Shown: positions 12,806-24,337 of the stretch, piece after piece
Layout: each line of letters starts with the position of its first letter
Numbering within the stretch: the first letter of the stretch is position 1
NCBI GenBank assembly: GCA_963923955.1
Contig: OZ000552.1
Location: 2,182,061 to 2,246,060, forward strand
Reading direction: 5' to 3'
DNA from: Gammaproteobacteria bacterium
Lineage (GTDB): Bacteria; Pseudomonadota; Gammaproteobacteria; Eutrophobiales; Eutrophobiaceae
DNA length: 64,000 nucleotides
Program-made: the position numbers and the translations under genes
The notes under the pieces: generated by a model
What the model saw: the letters and a program-made list of their open reading frames with translations, nothing else
Database searches by the model: none
Told to the model about the DNA's origin: nothing

Positions 12806-14068
12806 CTATTCAGACTCCGCCGCCTGCAATAATTCCTCAATCGGCTCAGCTAAAGCCTCTTGCAGGCTGCCCTGGTGTGCCGCCAAAAGGCTGTCCAATT
12901 GCCGGCTCCACTCATCTTCTCCGGCGGCCATGCCGAATGGCAGGCGCTTGGGGATGAGCGCTGATAAGTCTAACAAGCTGACTTCCGCCAAGTTTCTCGA
13001 CAGTAACCAGCCGTTGCCTGAGTCTTTCTGCACCCAGTGCGCCCCTTCCAACAGGCCCATGATCTCGCTCACATGGTGCTGCGGGATATCAATCGCATAG
13101 CGCCTTAAGCCGGACACCTGCAGAGAATCGCCCGCCTTCTGCCTCAGGCGCAGGGCGGCGAGCAGGCGCCAGGCATCAGTAAAGCTCCAGTCGGGATCAC
13201 GAATGCCGGCTTGTTCTCTCTCGAAGCGAAAGGCGGACAGACAAAAGGATACATGCGCACCCAGGATCACGACCACCCAGGACACATACAGCCAGATCAG
13301 GAACACAGGAATGACGGCTACCGCACCGTACAGGGTTTCATAGGCGGTCATGTTTTTCACATAGATCCCGAAGCCGTATTTTGCCAGCTCAAAGGCAATG
13401 GCGGCAAAGACGCCGCCGATAACAGCGTGCGCTCTGGAGACGAAACAGTTCGGCGTTAAGATGTAGATCAGGCTAAAGGCGCTGGAAGTGGTAAGAAAGG
13501 GCAGCCATGACAGCAATGTTCTTTTCAAGTCCAGGCCGTAGGATGCCTCGACCTCGGTGAGCAGAGAGGTTGACAGTAGATAAGAGGTGGCGACCATCCC
13601 GACCCCGACCAGAAGCGGACCCAAGGTAATCACCGCCCAGTAAACCGGGAAACGCGCGAGTAAGCTGCGCCGGCCGCGAACGTGCCATATCGTGTTCAGG
13701 GCGCCGTCAATCGTTGCCATCAACAGCATCGCAATTAAGATCAACAAGGTGATACCGGCGATCGTCAACTGCGCGGCCTTCTTTGAGAACTCATTTAGGT
13801 ATGCCCAGATGGTGTTGCCAAAGGAGGGAATGAAATTCTCAAACACAAAGGCCTGTAGCGTATGGCCCACGCCCTGAAACATGGGCAGGTTTTCCATCAA
13901 CACAAAGGCAACCGTCACCAGAGGCACCAGGGAGAGCAGGGTGGTGTAGGCCAATGACGAGGCGATCTGCAGGCCGCGCTGTTGATAAAACTGACGAATA
14001 GCATAGCGCAAGAAATAAAACAACCACAGGGCGGCGTGTCTTATTGAGTTAAGCAGGGCATTTTCCAT
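12806..14068 (-). CDS. yihY: YihY/BrkB (virulence factor BrkB/RNase BN-like) family membrane protein
   Basis: MENALLNSIRHAALWLFYFLRYAIRQF...IASSLAYTTLLSLVPL with multiple TM helices. The ORF-track start at 14110 adds an unlikely CCC-rich extension. Confidence 0.75.
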   Translation of the reverse strand: MENALLNSIRHAALWLFYFLRYAIRQFYQQRGLQIASSLAYTTLLSLVPLVTVAFVLMENLPMFQGVGHTLQAFVFENFIPSFGNTIWAYLNEFSKKAAQLTIAGITLLILIAMLLMATIDGALNTIWHVRGRRSLLARFPVYWAVITLGPLLVGVGMVATSYLLSTSLLTEVEASYGLDLKRTLLSWLPFLTTSSAFSLIYILTPNCFVSRAHAVIGGVFAAIAFELAKYGFGIYVKNMTAYETLYGAVAVIPVFLIWLYVSWVVVILGAHVSFCLSAFRFEREQAGIRDPDWSFTDAWRLLAALRLRQKAGDSLQVSGLRRYAIDIPQHHVSEIMGLLEGAHWVQKDSGNGWLLSRNLAEVSLLDLSALIPKRLPFGMAAGEDEWSRQLDSLLAAHQGSLQEALAEPIEELLQAAESE

Positions 14069-14191
14069 AGTCGTTTGATTTCCACAGCAGCATTGTGTTT
14101 GGGCAAGCACGTGCAGATAAAGCGCTACACAAAATTCATCCAGACGCTAGAATAGCACTCAAACGAGGGTGAACAACCCTATCCTGATTGA

Positions 14192-14818
<627 letters not shown>

Positions 14819-14831
14819 CCGGAACCGCGGC

Positions 14832-15596
14832 CTATCGCTCATTCAACAGTTGCTTGACCAGAGGCACGGTCAGCTTTTTCTTTGCCGCCAGGCTGGCATC
14901 ATCAAGCCTGTTGAGCCAGTCCAGCAGGCTGTGCATGTCTCTTGCGATGCGTTTGAGCAGATAGGCGCTGACGTCATTTGACAGTTCAAGGCCGCGCAGG
15001 CCGGCGCGCTGCTGCAAGACCTCAAGGCACTGCGCCTCGGTCAAGGGCGAGAGATGATAGACCACATCCCAGGCCAATCTGGATTTCAGATCCGGCAGGC
15101 TAATGGCAAGGCCATGTGGGCTGCTGTGTGCAGCCATGATCAAGGGCCGCTGTGCCTCACGCAGGCGATTAAAGAGATTAAAGACAGCCAGCTCCCAGTC
15201 CGCCCTCCCGGCGATGCAGTCCAAGGCATCCATACAGATCAGATCGAGTTGCTCCAGGCCCTCCAGCATCGCCGGGCTGAAGGCATCCAGCTCAGCCAAT
15301 GGGACATAGGCCGGCCTTTTGCCCAGCGCCGATAGGGACGTGCACACAGCTTGCAGCAGATGGCTCTTGCCGCTGCCGGCCGCACCCCAGAGATAGAGGT
15401 TTTTGCTCTCATCGCCGGCGACCAGGCGCTCAAGGCAGGCCACTATCTGTGCATTTTGGTCGGGCAGGTAGGAAGCAAAATCAAAGCGCTCGAAATGACC
15501 AAAGAAAAGCGGTATCTGCTTCGCCCGAAGTTCCGACTCAGAAGACGGCGGGTGGAGTTTAAACAGGCCGGAGGAAAATGAGAGCTGCTTAGCCAC
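14832..15596 (-). CDS. hda: DnaA regulatory inactivator Hda
   Basis: LYLWGAAGSGKSHLLQA Walker A and DnaA-like AAA+ domain, about 250 aa. The conserved hda-DUF2066-purM neighbourhood is present. Confidence 0.8.
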   Translation of the reverse strand: MAKQLSFSSGLFKLHPPSSESELRAKQIPLFFGHFERFDFASYLPDQNAQIVACLERLVAGDESKNLYLWGAAGSGKSHLLQAVCTSLSALGKRPAYVPLAELDAFSPAMLEGLEQLDLICMDALDCIAGRADWELAVFNLFNRLREAQRPLIMAAHSSPHGLAISLPDLKSRLAWDVVYHLSPLTEAQCLEVLQQRAGLRGLELSNDVSAYLLKRIARDMHSLLDWLNRLDDASLAAKKKLTVPLVKQLLNER

Positions 15597-15702
15597 TTGT
15601 TTTACGCTGCCGGCGGCGGGTAGCCATCACTTTGACGGCGGCTGGATTCGTGTCCGCCTGCAAAGACCGGTCCGCCAAACGACAAGAATTTTTGTGCCGC
15701 CT

Positions 15703-16752
15703 TCATGGCAGGAGACGATAAGCGCCTTCTTCCTGCATGACCGCCTCCAGGGTGCTGCCTAATGCAATGGCCTGGGTCAGCGCCGCCTCGCCGCCGTGGG
15801 CGGTGAGCATAAATGTCACCTTGCCCGGCACGACGGCTGTTACCTGCACCTCAGCAACGGCGCTCAAGGATTCAAGATATTTCAGTGTCTGTGCATATTG
15901 TCCGGCACTGAAGATCGATGCGACGGAAATGCGGATGGTATTCAAGCCTGCGCTTGCGCGCGCAAACTGCGCCGCCAGCCGGTCCGCCAGCCCGTCAATG
16001 CCTTCATCCAATACCGCATCGCGCAGGTCGCTCTCGCCAAACCAGGTGGCCGTCTGCCCTTGCAGATAGGCAAGCCAGCGGCCTTCCCAGATGCCGGATG
16101 AGGTCGAGCTGATGCTGCCCGTTAGTATGGCATCGGCCTGATAGCGCCGCGAGGCCTCCAGCACAGGCCCTTGAAAGCCGCCCCATATATCGCTCGCCCT
16201 GAGAAGCGCGCTATCATCCAGATCAACCAAGGGAAACAGCAGGGCGATGCCGCGCCGGCGCGCGCGTTGCTCCACAACATTGAGAAGATCGGCATGTTCT
16301 TCTGGGTTCACCAGGTGTCGGCCTGTCTCATCCTGCACGGCCAGCCAGATCAAGGTTGACGGGCGCTCTTCCCCCCACACCGGCACTCCCAGAAGGCGCA
16401 GTCTGCTGTTCAAGGCGGCGCGGTCAAAACGTACCCACAGCCGCAAGGCCGTCTCGGCCTCCTCACCGGCAGCATCAGCCGCCCTTTCCACCGTCTTATA
16501 ACGATACTGCTGTACGTAGTTATCCGGCCTTTGCAGAATGGTCGCAAGCGCCGGCCGCCCCGGGGCAAAGCGATCACCGGTTACTTTGACCAGCACGATC
16601 TGCAAGGCCGTCTTAAGCGCCGGCCTTGTGCTCTCCGGCCGTTGATCACTGACCGGCACCTCGGCCTCATACAGGCCCTGCACCTTGATGGCGTAAGCCG
16701 AGATCGGCAACAAGGCCGGCAACAGAAAAAATAAAAGCAAGTGTCTTTGCAT
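15703..16752 (-). CDS. DUF2066 domain-containing secreted protein
   Basis: Signal peptide [21 protein letters not shown]. Conserved position between hda and purM. Confidence 0.65.
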   Translation of the reverse strand: MQRHLLLFFLLPALLPISAYAIKVQGLYEAEVPVSDQRPESTRPALKTALQIVLVKVTGDRFAPGRPALATILQRPDNYVQQYRYKTVERAADAAGEEAETALRLWVRFDRAALNSRLRLLGVPVWGEERPSTLIWLAVQDETGRHLVNPEEHADLLNVVEQRARRRGIALLFPLVDLDDSALLRASDIWGGFQGPVLEASRRYQADAILTGSISSTSSGIWEGRWLAYLQGQTATWFGESDLRDAVLDEGIDGLADRLAAQFARASAGLNTIRISVASIFSAGQYAQTLKYLESLSAVAEVQVTAVVPGKVTFMLTAHGGEAALTQAIALGSTLEAVMQEEGAYRLLP

Positions 16753-16880
16753 GGCACGAACGCTATGCAAGTGAGGGGCGCAAGTCAACCGGCAATCCGG
16801 CCTCAGGCAGAGATTGCGGCCCCGAGAATTACAGCCCAAGAGATTGCGACCTAAGCCCTTGCCCTATACCATCCACGCCC

Positions 16881-17924
16881 ATGTCCAAAGCAAGACATAG
16901 AGCCAGCTACGCCGATGCGGGGGTGAGCATTGAACGCGGCAATGCCCTGGTTGAGCGCATCAAGGCGCAGGCACAAGATACCGCCCGGCGCGGGGTGATG
17001 GGCAATGTCGGCGGCTTTGGCGCCTTGTTTGATCTCAGCGCGCTAAACTACCGGCAGCCGGTGCTGGTGTCGGCAACAGACGGGGTGGGCAGCAAGCTGA
17101 AACTGGCCATCGCCTCCAACAGGCACGAGAGCATCGGCATCGATCTGGTGGCGATGTGCGTCAATGATGTGCTGGCCCAAGGCGCAGAGCCGCTGTTCTT
17201 CCTCGATTACTATGCCTGTTCCCGCCTGGATGTGGCGCTCGCCGAGCGGGTCGTGCAGGGCATTGCGGAAGGCTGTCGGCAGGCCGGCTGTGCGCTGGTC
17301 GGCGGCGAGACCGCAGAGATGCCGGGCATGTATGCGAGCGGGGAATATGAGCTTGCCGGCTTCTGTGTCGGTGCAGTGGAGAGGGCCGCGATCATCGATG
17401 GCAGCCAGGTCGCGGCCGGCGATGTATTGATCGGCCTGGCCGCAAGCGGGCCGCATGCCAACGGCTATTCCCTCATTCGCAGGCTGCTGGCTGATGTAGG
17501 CACCGAGCTGCATGATGATTTCCAGCAGCAGACCTTTGCCGATGTGCTGCTCAGCCCCACCCGGATCTATATTCGGCCGGTGCTGCAATTACTGGGACAG
17601 GTGAAGGTCAAGGGCATAGCACATATCACCGGCGGCGGCCTGACTGAAAACCTGCCCCGGGTGCTGCCTGAGTCCGTGCAGGCCGGGATTGATACGCATA
17701 GCTGGCAATGGCCGGGTATCTTCCGCTGGTTAGAAGAGAGCGGGAACATTGCCCGGGATGAGATGTATCGCACCTTTAATTGCGGTGTGGGCATGGTGCT
17801 AGTTGTCGATGCGGGCGCTGCTGCGGAGGCGATCAGCATACTCAGCGAGCAGGGTGAGATTGCCTGGGAGTTGGGGGCGATACAAAGGCGGGCGGCGGGT
17901 AGTCCTCGGCTTGTATTTTTATAG
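16881..17924 (+). CDS. purM: phosphoribosylformylglycinamidine cyclo-ligase
   Basis: 347 aa. [28 protein letters not shown] and the AIR synthase core. Confidence 0.95.
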   Translation: MSKARHRASYADAGVSIERGNALVERIKAQAQDTARRGVMGNVGGFGALFDLSALNYRQPVLVSATDGVGSKLKLAIASNRHESIGIDLVAMCVNDVLAQGAEPLFFLDYYACSRLDVALAERVVQGIAEGCRQAGCALVGGETAEMPGMYASGEYELAGFCVGAVERAAIIDGSQVAAGDVLIGLAASGPHANGYSLIRRLLADVGTELHDDFQQQTFADVLLSPTRIYIRPVLQLLGQVKVKGIAHITGGGLTENLPRVLPESVQAGIDTHSWQWPGIFRWLEESGNIARDEMYRTFNCGVGMVLVVDAGAAAEAISILSEQGEIAWELGAIQRRAAGSPRLVFL

Positions 17925-17950
17925 GCTTGAAGATCTGCCGGGATCGATCG

Positions 17951-18697
17951 CTATTTCGACTTCTCTTGCGCCGCCGCCAGAATGCCGCGTAGGATCTGAT
18001 ATTCATTCTCATCCAGCCGGGCGCAATTAAACAGGCGTTTTAAGCGGCGCATCAGGCGCCGCGGATTGGCCGGATCAAGATAGCCAATGTCGAGCAGGGC
18101 GGCCTCCAGATGGGCATAGAGCATTTCCATCTGCCGCCCGGTCACTGCCGCTGTCGCCTTATCGCCAGCCTTGTTATCAGTAGCGGCGAATATCTTGCGC
18201 AGCTCATAACAGATAATCTGCACGGCGGCGGCAAGGTTGAGCGATGAAAACGCAGGGTTGCCCGGGATCTGCAACATCGCATTGCAATATTCCAGCTCCT
18301 GATTACTCAAGCCCGAACTCTCGCGCCCGAATACGATCGCAACCGCGGCACCCTGCTGCGCGCATTCAAGGGCGCTGTGCGCAGCCTCTTCCGGCGAGCA
18401 GCGCGGCCAGGCGATGCGCCGGGTCCGGGCGCTGGTGGCAAACACCAGGCTGCAATCCTCCACCGCCTCTTGCAGCGCATCGTAGCGCTTTGCCGCCGCC
18501 AGAATATCATCGGCACCGGCGGCGCGGGCCGTGGCTTCCGCAGCGGGAAAGTGCTTCGGCCTGACGAGCCGCAGATTCTTACAGCCCATCGTCTTCATCG
18601 CCCGTGCCGTCGCCCCGATGTTGCCGGGGTGAGTGGTGGCCACCAGCACAATATTGATGTACTCACTGATTTTGTCAGCCATTATTTTATCGGCCAT
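17951..18697 (-). CDS. trmJ: tRNA (cytidine/uridine-2'-O-)-methyltransferase TrmJ (SpoU family)
   Basis: IVLVATTHPGNIGATARAMKTMG SPOUT motif. Divergent from suhB, as in many proteobacteria. Confidence 0.8.
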   Translation of the reverse strand: MADKIMADKISEYINIVLVATTHPGNIGATARAMKTMGCKNLRLVRPKHFPAAEATARAAGADDILAAAKRYDALQEAVEDCSLVFATSARTRRIAWPRCSPEEAAHSALECAQQGAAVAIVFGRESSGLSNQELEYCNAMLQIPGNPAFSSLNLAAAVQIICYELRKIFAATDNKAGDKATAAVTGRQMEMLYAHLEAALLDIGYLDPANPRRLMRRLKRLFNCARLDENEYQILRGILAAAQEKSK

Positions 18698-18793
18698 TAT
18701 TTTCGGCCCTGGCGCTTACTTCACTCAGCCAAGATAGCCCCGTACAATGCGCCTGCTAAGGAAACGCTAAAAAAACCAACTCAGGAGAATACC

Positions 18794-19585
18794 ATGCATC
18801 CGATGCTCAATATCGGCATACGCGCCGCCCATGCCGCCGGGGATCATATCGTAAAATATGTCGATCGCATTCAGGATGTGTCCGTCAGCCCCAAGGGGCG
18901 CAACGATTTCGTCACCGAAGTCGATAGGCAGGCAGAGGCGATCATCATCGACACCATCCACAGGGCCTATCCCGGACACAGCATCCTGGCCGAAGAAAGC
19001 GGCGCGCATGCGGGCCGTGATGGTGATGAATTCCAGTGGGTCATCGATCCGCTGGACGGCACCAGCAACTTCATGCACGGCTTCCCGCATTTTGCCGTTT
19101 CCATCGCCTTAAAACATAAAAACATCCTCGCCCAGGCGGTCATCTACGACCCTCTAAAACAAGAGCTATTCACCGCCAGCAAGGGCGGCGGTGCCTACAT
19201 GAACAGGCGCCGCATCCGGGTTGCGCGAAAAAAAGCGCTGGCCGGTGCCCTGCTCGCGACCGGTTTCCCTTATCGAGAGCTGGACAAGCTGGAGATTTAC
19301 TTAGACACCTTTCGCCGGCTCCTCCCGTTGGTGGCCGGGCTAAGACGGGCGGGTTCGGCAGCGCTGGATCTCGCCTACGTGGCCTGTGGCCGCTTTGACG
19401 GCTTTTGGGAATACGGCCTTAAGCAATGGGACATCGCGGCCGGCGCCTTGCTGGTGCTGGAGGCGGGCGGGCTTATCAGCGACATTGACGGCCATGCGGC
19501 CTATCTGGAATCAGGCAATATTATCGCCGGCAATGCGAAGATCGAGGCAGGGCTATCCAGAATCCTCAAAGGCGCGGCTGATTAA
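18794..19585 (+). CDS. suhB: inositol-1-monophosphatase
   Basis: MHPMLNIGIRAAHAAG...WVIDPLDGTSNFMHG motifs. The ORF-track start 18377 is a long antisense-overlapping extension. Confidence 0.9.
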   Translation: MHPMLNIGIRAAHAAGDHIVKYVDRIQDVSVSPKGRNDFVTEVDRQAEAIIIDTIHRAYPGHSILAEESGAHAGRDGDEFQWVIDPLDGTSNFMHGFPHFAVSIALKHKNILAQAVIYDPLKQELFTASKGGGAYMNRRRIRVARKKALAGALLATGFPYRELDKLEIYLDTFRRLLPLVAGLRRAGSAALDLAYVACGRFDGFWEYGLKQWDIAAGALLVLEAGGLISDIDGHAAYLESGNIIAGNAKIEAGLSRILKGAAD

Positions 19586-19628
19586 AGAACCTCTGAGCAA
19601 GTCCATCCGTGACTTGTCTTAAGGCACG

Positions 19629-19740
19629 CAAACTAAAAATGCGATTTTTAGTTTGCTCACCAATTCAATTACTTAATCGTAATTGAATTGGGTGGCACCT
19701 CCTTGTGCCACAAGGAAGCTCTGATTAAATCAGAGCTTCC
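19629..19740. terminator. cluster of four perfect hairpins between convergent suhB and the DUF354 gene (bidirectional terminator region)
   Basis: Four palindromes are present. They are caaactaaaaat-gcg-atttttagtttg, caattcaattac-ttaatc-gtaattgaattg, ccttgtg-c-cacaagg and ggaagctctgatt-aa-atcagagcttcc. Confidence 0.5.
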
Positions 19741-20775
19741 TTAACGGAAATTTTCCAGCGTATCCACAACAAACTGACTCACATCGATGCAATCCGCCAA
19801 CAACCGCCGGCGCGCTGCCTCACACTCATCCGGCTGCAAGGCACACAACCAGCGCAGCGCCGGCTGCAATGCCTCCCAGTTCAGTGCGCGCACATTCTTG
19901 ACCAGGTTATAACGGCGCTCCTGCTCATCGGTATAACCGCGCCCGGTGTTCGCCATGTAAATCGCCGGCACGCCCAATACCGCGCACTCCGATGCCATCG
20001 TTGCGATCTCGCCAATAAAGCCATCGCAAAAGGCCAGGACATGATGCACGTCTTCCGGCGCGCCCCCCGTGCGCGAATAGCAAAATTCCCGATACGCCGT
20101 CGGCAAGGGTCTCTCTGATGAGATCATGACATGGCCGAGGGCGAGCAGCCGGTGCAGCAATTTATCCAGCAAGGGCCGGGCCGGCCCGCCTCGCCAAGGT
20201 CATGGCTGGCCTGCCAGGAGACCAGCCGGATAAAGTAATTTTTCTTTGCTTCACAGGCCATTGTCAATGGCTCTGTTCTTATCCGGCGTAAAATAATTCG
20301 GGTGCAGGTAGGCCAGCTCATGGTAGCCCTTATAGCGTGTTGTTTTCCGGCGCGGCGTCCAGCCCGTGTAACAATCAGGCACCACAACCCGTCCGGCAAA
20401 GGGATAGCTCAGCAGATTCTGCAAGCGCGCGTCTTACGTATCATAAAAAACAAGCGCCGGTATCTTCTTAAGCAGGCCGACGTGTGCAATGAAGATGCCG
20501 CCGATGCCCGCCATGACATCGGGGGCAAATCGCCCGGCCGCACGAAACAATCTGGCATCGCGTAAGACCAGCTCTTTGGCCAGAGACAACAGCCCCCCAT
20601 CGCCTTGGGCGGAGATCGTTTCATGCGCAATGCCCAGCCGCTCCAGCAGCCGCGGCGCCATCTCCTTGACCCGACTGGTAAGCATCAGCTCATGGCCGCG
20701 TTGTGTAAGCATTCTTGTGGGTTGGGAGAAAAAATGCACATGGGCCGGGTGGCCGATGTCAATGAGGATTCTCAT
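19741..20775 (-). pseudogene. DUF354 family protein (GT-B/epimerase-like), disrupted by at least 3 frameshifts
   Basis: MRILIDIGHPAHVHFF N-terminus. The frame then breaks after ALVFYDT, resumes as ...YKGYHELAYLHPNYFTPD, breaks again and resumes as LDKLLHRLLALGHVMISS.... Confidence 0.6.
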
Positions 20776-20811
20776 TCTTCAGGCATTCTTCTTAGGCATT
20801 ATTCCCAAGTA

Positions 20812-21678
20812 TCATTCATTCGTCTTTTGATAGAGCAGCATCGTGATCTGCTCGGATACCAGGCCGATCAAAAAGATCAGGATGCTGGAGAGAAACAGGA
20901 TGGCGCTCATGTTGGTAAAGCGCCCCCACAGCAGGAAGGTGTAGGCATAATAAGACACCCCGACGAGGAAGGTCAGGCCGCTGAAGGGGACGAATATTTT
21001 CAACGGCGAGAACAGTGTGCCGATCTTGAATAAGATAAGCAAAAAACGAATGCCGTCTTTGAGCGGCCTGATGTGGCTTTTCCCCAGCCGCTTATGCGCC
21101 GTGATGGGACAAAAGCCGACGGTATAGCCGGAGCGATAAAAGGCCATGGTGCTGGTCGTGGGGCAGGAAAAGCCGTTGGGATAGAGATGCAGAAATTGCA
21201 TGAATTTCTCGCGCGCCGCTATCCTGAAACCCGAGGTCAGGTCCGGCACGGGCCGATTGACCATGTAACTGGCCAACTTGTTATAGGCCGTGTTGGCGAG
21301 CAGGCGCCCGCACCCAGCATGGGAGCCCTTATCGCGCGCGCCGATGACCAGATCAAAGCCCTTTTCGTACTCATTGAGCAGCGCATTGATATACTCCACC
21401 GCGTGCTGGCCATCGGCATCCATGAAGAGGATCACCTCCCGACTTGCATGACGACAGCCGGCCTTGATCGCCGCACCATTGCCCTTGCTGTACAGGTGCC
21501 GGATGCAATCTACATTGTACTGTCGGCACAGTTCTGCGCTGTCGTCACGGGAGCCGTCATCCACCACGATGATCTCCGCCGCAGAAAATTTCTCGCTCAG
21601 CGCCGGCAAGAGAATTTTTAAGCCCCGGGCCTCGTCTCTTGCCGGGATTACAATGCTTAATCTTTTGTGCTCTATCAT
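20812..21678 (-). CDS. GT2 polyprenyl-phosphate glycosyltransferase (ArnC/GtrB/DPM1-like)
   Basis: LSIVIPARDEARGL...IIVVDDGSRDDS...LFMDADGQH motifs plus two C-terminal TM helices. Overlaps the upstream GT-C gene by 4 nt. Confidence 0.8.
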   Translation of the reverse strand: MIEHKRLSIVIPARDEARGLKILLPALSEKFSAAEIIVVDDGSRDDSAELCRQYNVDCIRHLYSKGNGAAIKAGCRHASREVILFMDADGQHAVEYINALLNEYEKGFDLVIGARDKGSHAGCGRLLANTAYNKLASYMVNRPVPDLTSGFRIAAREKFMQFLHLYPNGFSCPTTSTMAFYRSGYTVGFCPITAHKRLGKSHIRPLKDGIRFLLILFKIGTLFSPLKIFVPFSGLTFLVGVSYYAYTFLLWGRFTNMSAILFLSSILIFLIGLVSEQITMLLYQKTNE

Positions 21679-23597
21679 TCCCGCTCCGCAGCCTTTATCC
21701 GCGCCAGATTACTCTCCATCCTCGCCAGCACCTTCCCATTGGCAAGCGCCACCTTTGGGTTCTTCGCAAAATATTCTTTTGTCCGCGCAAGAACCTGCGC
21801 GGCGAGCGCTGTATTCCCCGCGTGTGTTGCAATGTTATATTTCAGTGTGTATTTCTGTACAGATTCCTGCAAGGCCAGCGCGCGCGCAACATTGGCCAGC
21901 GCACAGGCCGTATCTTCCATATACATGCACAGCAGGGCGGCCAATTCGTGCAGCATGTGCTCAAACTGCCGATACTCGGCCTTGCCCGTCAGGGTCAAGG
22001 TGATGCCAATCACGCCGGAGGGATCGACATAGGGACAATGCCCCTCCTGCATCGCCGATACCAGGTCGTTCAAAAAACTGATCGTAACAAAGGGATACCA
22101 GTCCTTCTTTTCACTCTGTCGTGATATAAGCGCCCACCTCTCTTCCGGGATGGCCTCCTGCAAGATACAGCCCTGCACGTACAGGTATTTGATGTATGGC
22201 AAGAGCGTGTTGTCATCAATGCCCTCCAGATGGGCTTGAGCCTTGATCACCGCATCCCGGTAGCCAAGCCGGGCATAGGTATGAATGGCCTTATTCCAGG
22301 CAGCATAGGATTTCGGCTGCTGCATGGCCAGCTCAATGGACTGGCGGTCAAAGTCATCCCAGGTTCTCAATTCAAGATAACTGACCAGAAAAAGCGCGCC
22401 GACATACAGCAGCAGCGGCAGCCTAATCAGCATCTTATCGTATCTCGCCAAGAGGGTGCTGACTACCCACGCGATGAAAAACAGCGGCCCCAGCGCGGGC
22501 AGATAATTTCGATGCTCGTAATATAGCCTGAGATCAAGAAAGCTGGACTCCAGAACATGGCCGCCGAAGAACCACAACACGGCAAAGCTGAGAAAGCCAA
22601 AGCGCTGTCTTTTTAAGATGGCAAAGACAATTAAGCCCACCACGGCCATACAGGCAAACACGGTGCTGAGCGGTTGCAACAAGCCCCTTGCCACTGGAAC
22701 GTCATCGTGATAGCGGGAAAAATCGCCGGGGCTTGGCAGGAATATATTTTGTAGATAATCAAGCAATATCAGGCCCTGGGTCAGCAGGCGCTCAATGGGC
22801 GTGAAATGCCGCTTGGCATAGCCCAGCATCAGCCCGTCAATGGTCAAGATGATCCAGCCGCAGAGCAACAACAGCGGCCCGGCCAGAAAGACTAAAGCCC
22901 AGGTTTTCCAGCGCCGGTCCCGGCACGTATCTTTCAGCAAGGTAGACTCAATCACTAAAATAAACAGCGGCAGCAAGATGCCGTTTTCCTTGCTCAACAC
23001 AGCCAATCCCATAAAGACAAGGACGGAGAAGCTCATGCCGAGGAGGCCGGGCCTTGGCTTGCCTTGAACATAAAGGCCGCGGAAATATAAATAGCAGAGT
23101 ATGCCGAGCAGGGAAAAAAGGGTGGATAATTGTGTCATGCGCTGCACGACATAAAGCACGGTGGTGAACTGGATCGGGTGCAGCACCCACAAGGCCGAAC
23201 ACAGCAGGGCTGTTAGATAACTCCTGCGCCTGTCATAGCCGGTGAGCCGCAGCAGCGTGTTGACCAGGATCAAGACCAGTAGGCCGTTGATGAGATGAGT
23301 GAGCAGGTTGACCAGCTTAAAGGCATAGGCATCGTGCGGCCAGCTTTCATGCTGCAAGGCGAGGCTGAACAAGGAAATCGGCCGGCCTAGCGGGCCGGCG
23401 ATGCCTTCCAGCACAAAAGGCCAGACGCCGGTGTCTGCTACCCGTGCCAGCCGGTAGAGATTATAGTAATCATCGCCCCAGAAACCGGAGTGCAGCGGCA
23501 ATGCAAACAGCAGCAAGACAAGGACGCAAAGACCCAGGAAGATGCCGCCGGTGATAAGATAGGAAGAGCTAAAAGGTAATAGAGGCCGTACTGTCAC
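21675..23597 (-). CDS. GT-C fold membrane glycosyltransferase (PMT/ArnT/TMTC-like) with a C-terminal TPR-like helical domain
   Basis: 640 aa. About 11 TM helices with a GDDYY acidic motif in the first loop, then a soluble helical-repeat C-terminal domain. Confidence 0.7.
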   Translation of the reverse strand: MTVRPLLPFSSSYLITGGIFLGLCVLVLLLFALPLHSGFWGDDYYNLYRLARVADTGVWPFVLEGIAGPLGRPISLFSLALQHESWPHDAYAFKLVNLLTHLINGLLVLILVNTLLRLTGYDRRRSYLTALLCSALWVLHPIQFTTVLYVVQRMTQLSTLFSLLGILCYLYFRGLYVQGKPRPGLLGMSFSVLVFMGLAVLSKENGILLPLFILVIESTLLKDTCRDRRWKTWALVFLAGPLLLLCGWIILTIDGLMLGYAKRHFTPIERLLTQGLILLDYLQNIFLPSPGDFSRYHDDVPVARGLLQPLSTVFACMAVVGLIVFAILKRQRFGFLSFAVLWFFGGHVLESSFLDLRLYYEHRNYLPALGPLFFIAWVVSTLLARYDKMLIRLPLLLYVGALFLVSYLELRTWDDFDRQSIELAMQQPKSYAAWNKAIHTYARLGYRDAVIKAQAHLEGIDDNTLLPYIKYLYVQGCILQEAIPEERWALISRQSEKKDWYPFVTISFLNDLVSAMQEGHCPYVDPSGVIGITLTLTGKAEYRQFEHMLHELAALLCMYMEDTACALANVARALALQESVQKYTLKYNIATHAGNTALAAQVLARTKEYFAKNPKVALANGKVLARMESNLARIKAAERE

Positions 23598-23683
23598 CTT
23601 TCTGATCCTTCAGTTCAGCGTAGATTAAAGACGATTGAATGAGATCCGGCAATCCGGCAAGGGGCGAATCCGCCCAGATATTC

Positions 23684-23941
23684 TTAGCCGATAAACATCT
23701 TCCAGAACATGGCCAGGGTGAACGCAAGATTAAAACCGAGCATCCATTTCATTACGCGCACTTCCGAATCAAATTTACCCTCAAGCCTGACTATGTCCAA
23801 CCTGGTGGCTACCTGGGTATCTAATGCCTGCTTGAATGCCTCGCTAACCGCTTCAGATTTCGCCGCAGCGTGTTCTTCAGGTATGCCTGCATCTTTCAAA
23901 CGACGCATAAATTTCAGTGTATCAAAAGTAGCTGTGCCCAT
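23684..23941 (-). CDS. small tail-anchored coiled-coil protein, DUF1640-like, paralog 1 of 3
   Basis: MGTATFDTLKFMRRLKDAGIPEE...RVMKWMLGFNLAFTLAMFWKMFIG. Confidence 0.55.
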   Translation of the reverse strand: MGTATFDTLKFMRRLKDAGIPEEHAAAKSEAVSEAFKQALDTQVATRLDIVRLEGKFDSEVRVMKWMLGFNLAFTLAMFWKMFIG

Positions 23942-23985
23942 AGTTCATTTTCCTCATCAAACGTGCACCTGGCAACAGCGCTTCC

Positions 23986-24273
23986 TTAGCCGATAAACAT
24001 CTTCCAGAACATGGCCAGGGTGAATGCAAGATTAAAACCGATCATCCATTTCATCACGCGCTGCTCTGCCTTCACTTCCTGTATCTCCGCTTTCACTTCG
24101 TGTATCTCCGCCTTCATCTGGTACATATCGGCTTTCGTTGGAACCTGCGAATCCATCGCTTCACTGAGCGCCTCTTTGATTGCCTCAGCCTCGGCTTCCG
24201 CCTGTTTCTCAGGCACATCCGCCGCTTTCAAACGACGCGCAAATTTCAGTGTGTCAAAGGTAGCTGTGCCCAT
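23986..24273 (-). CDS. small tail-anchored coiled-coil protein, DUF1640-like, paralog 2 of 3
   Basis: Conserved N-terminus MGTATFDTLKFARRLKAADVPEKQAEAEAEAIKEAL. Central KAEIHEVKAEIQEVKAEQ internal repeats. C-terminal TM segment. Confidence 0.55.
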   Translation of the reverse strand: MGTATFDTLKFARRLKAADVPEKQAEAEAEAIKEALSEAMDSQVPTKADMYQMKAEIHEVKAEIQEVKAEQRVMKWMIGFNLAFTLAMFWKMFIG

Positions 24274-24337
24274 AGTTCATTTTCCTCATCAAACTTGCAT
24301 CTGGCAGCAGACAGATAGTCAGGGAAATAAAACTCCT

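Noticed and set aside
18661-18697. Tandem MADKIMADKI duplication at the trmJ start as a possible variable repeat
   Set aside because: It is only a single imperfect 15-nt duplication. It most likely reflects alternative start codons and gives no evidence of variability.
18377-18793. Long 5' extension of the suhB ORF (402 aa call)
   Set aside because: The extension is antisense to trmJ with Arg/Pro/Gly-rich low-complexity sequence. Canonical SuhB begins at MHPMLNIG (18794), which is preceded by a GGAGA RBS.
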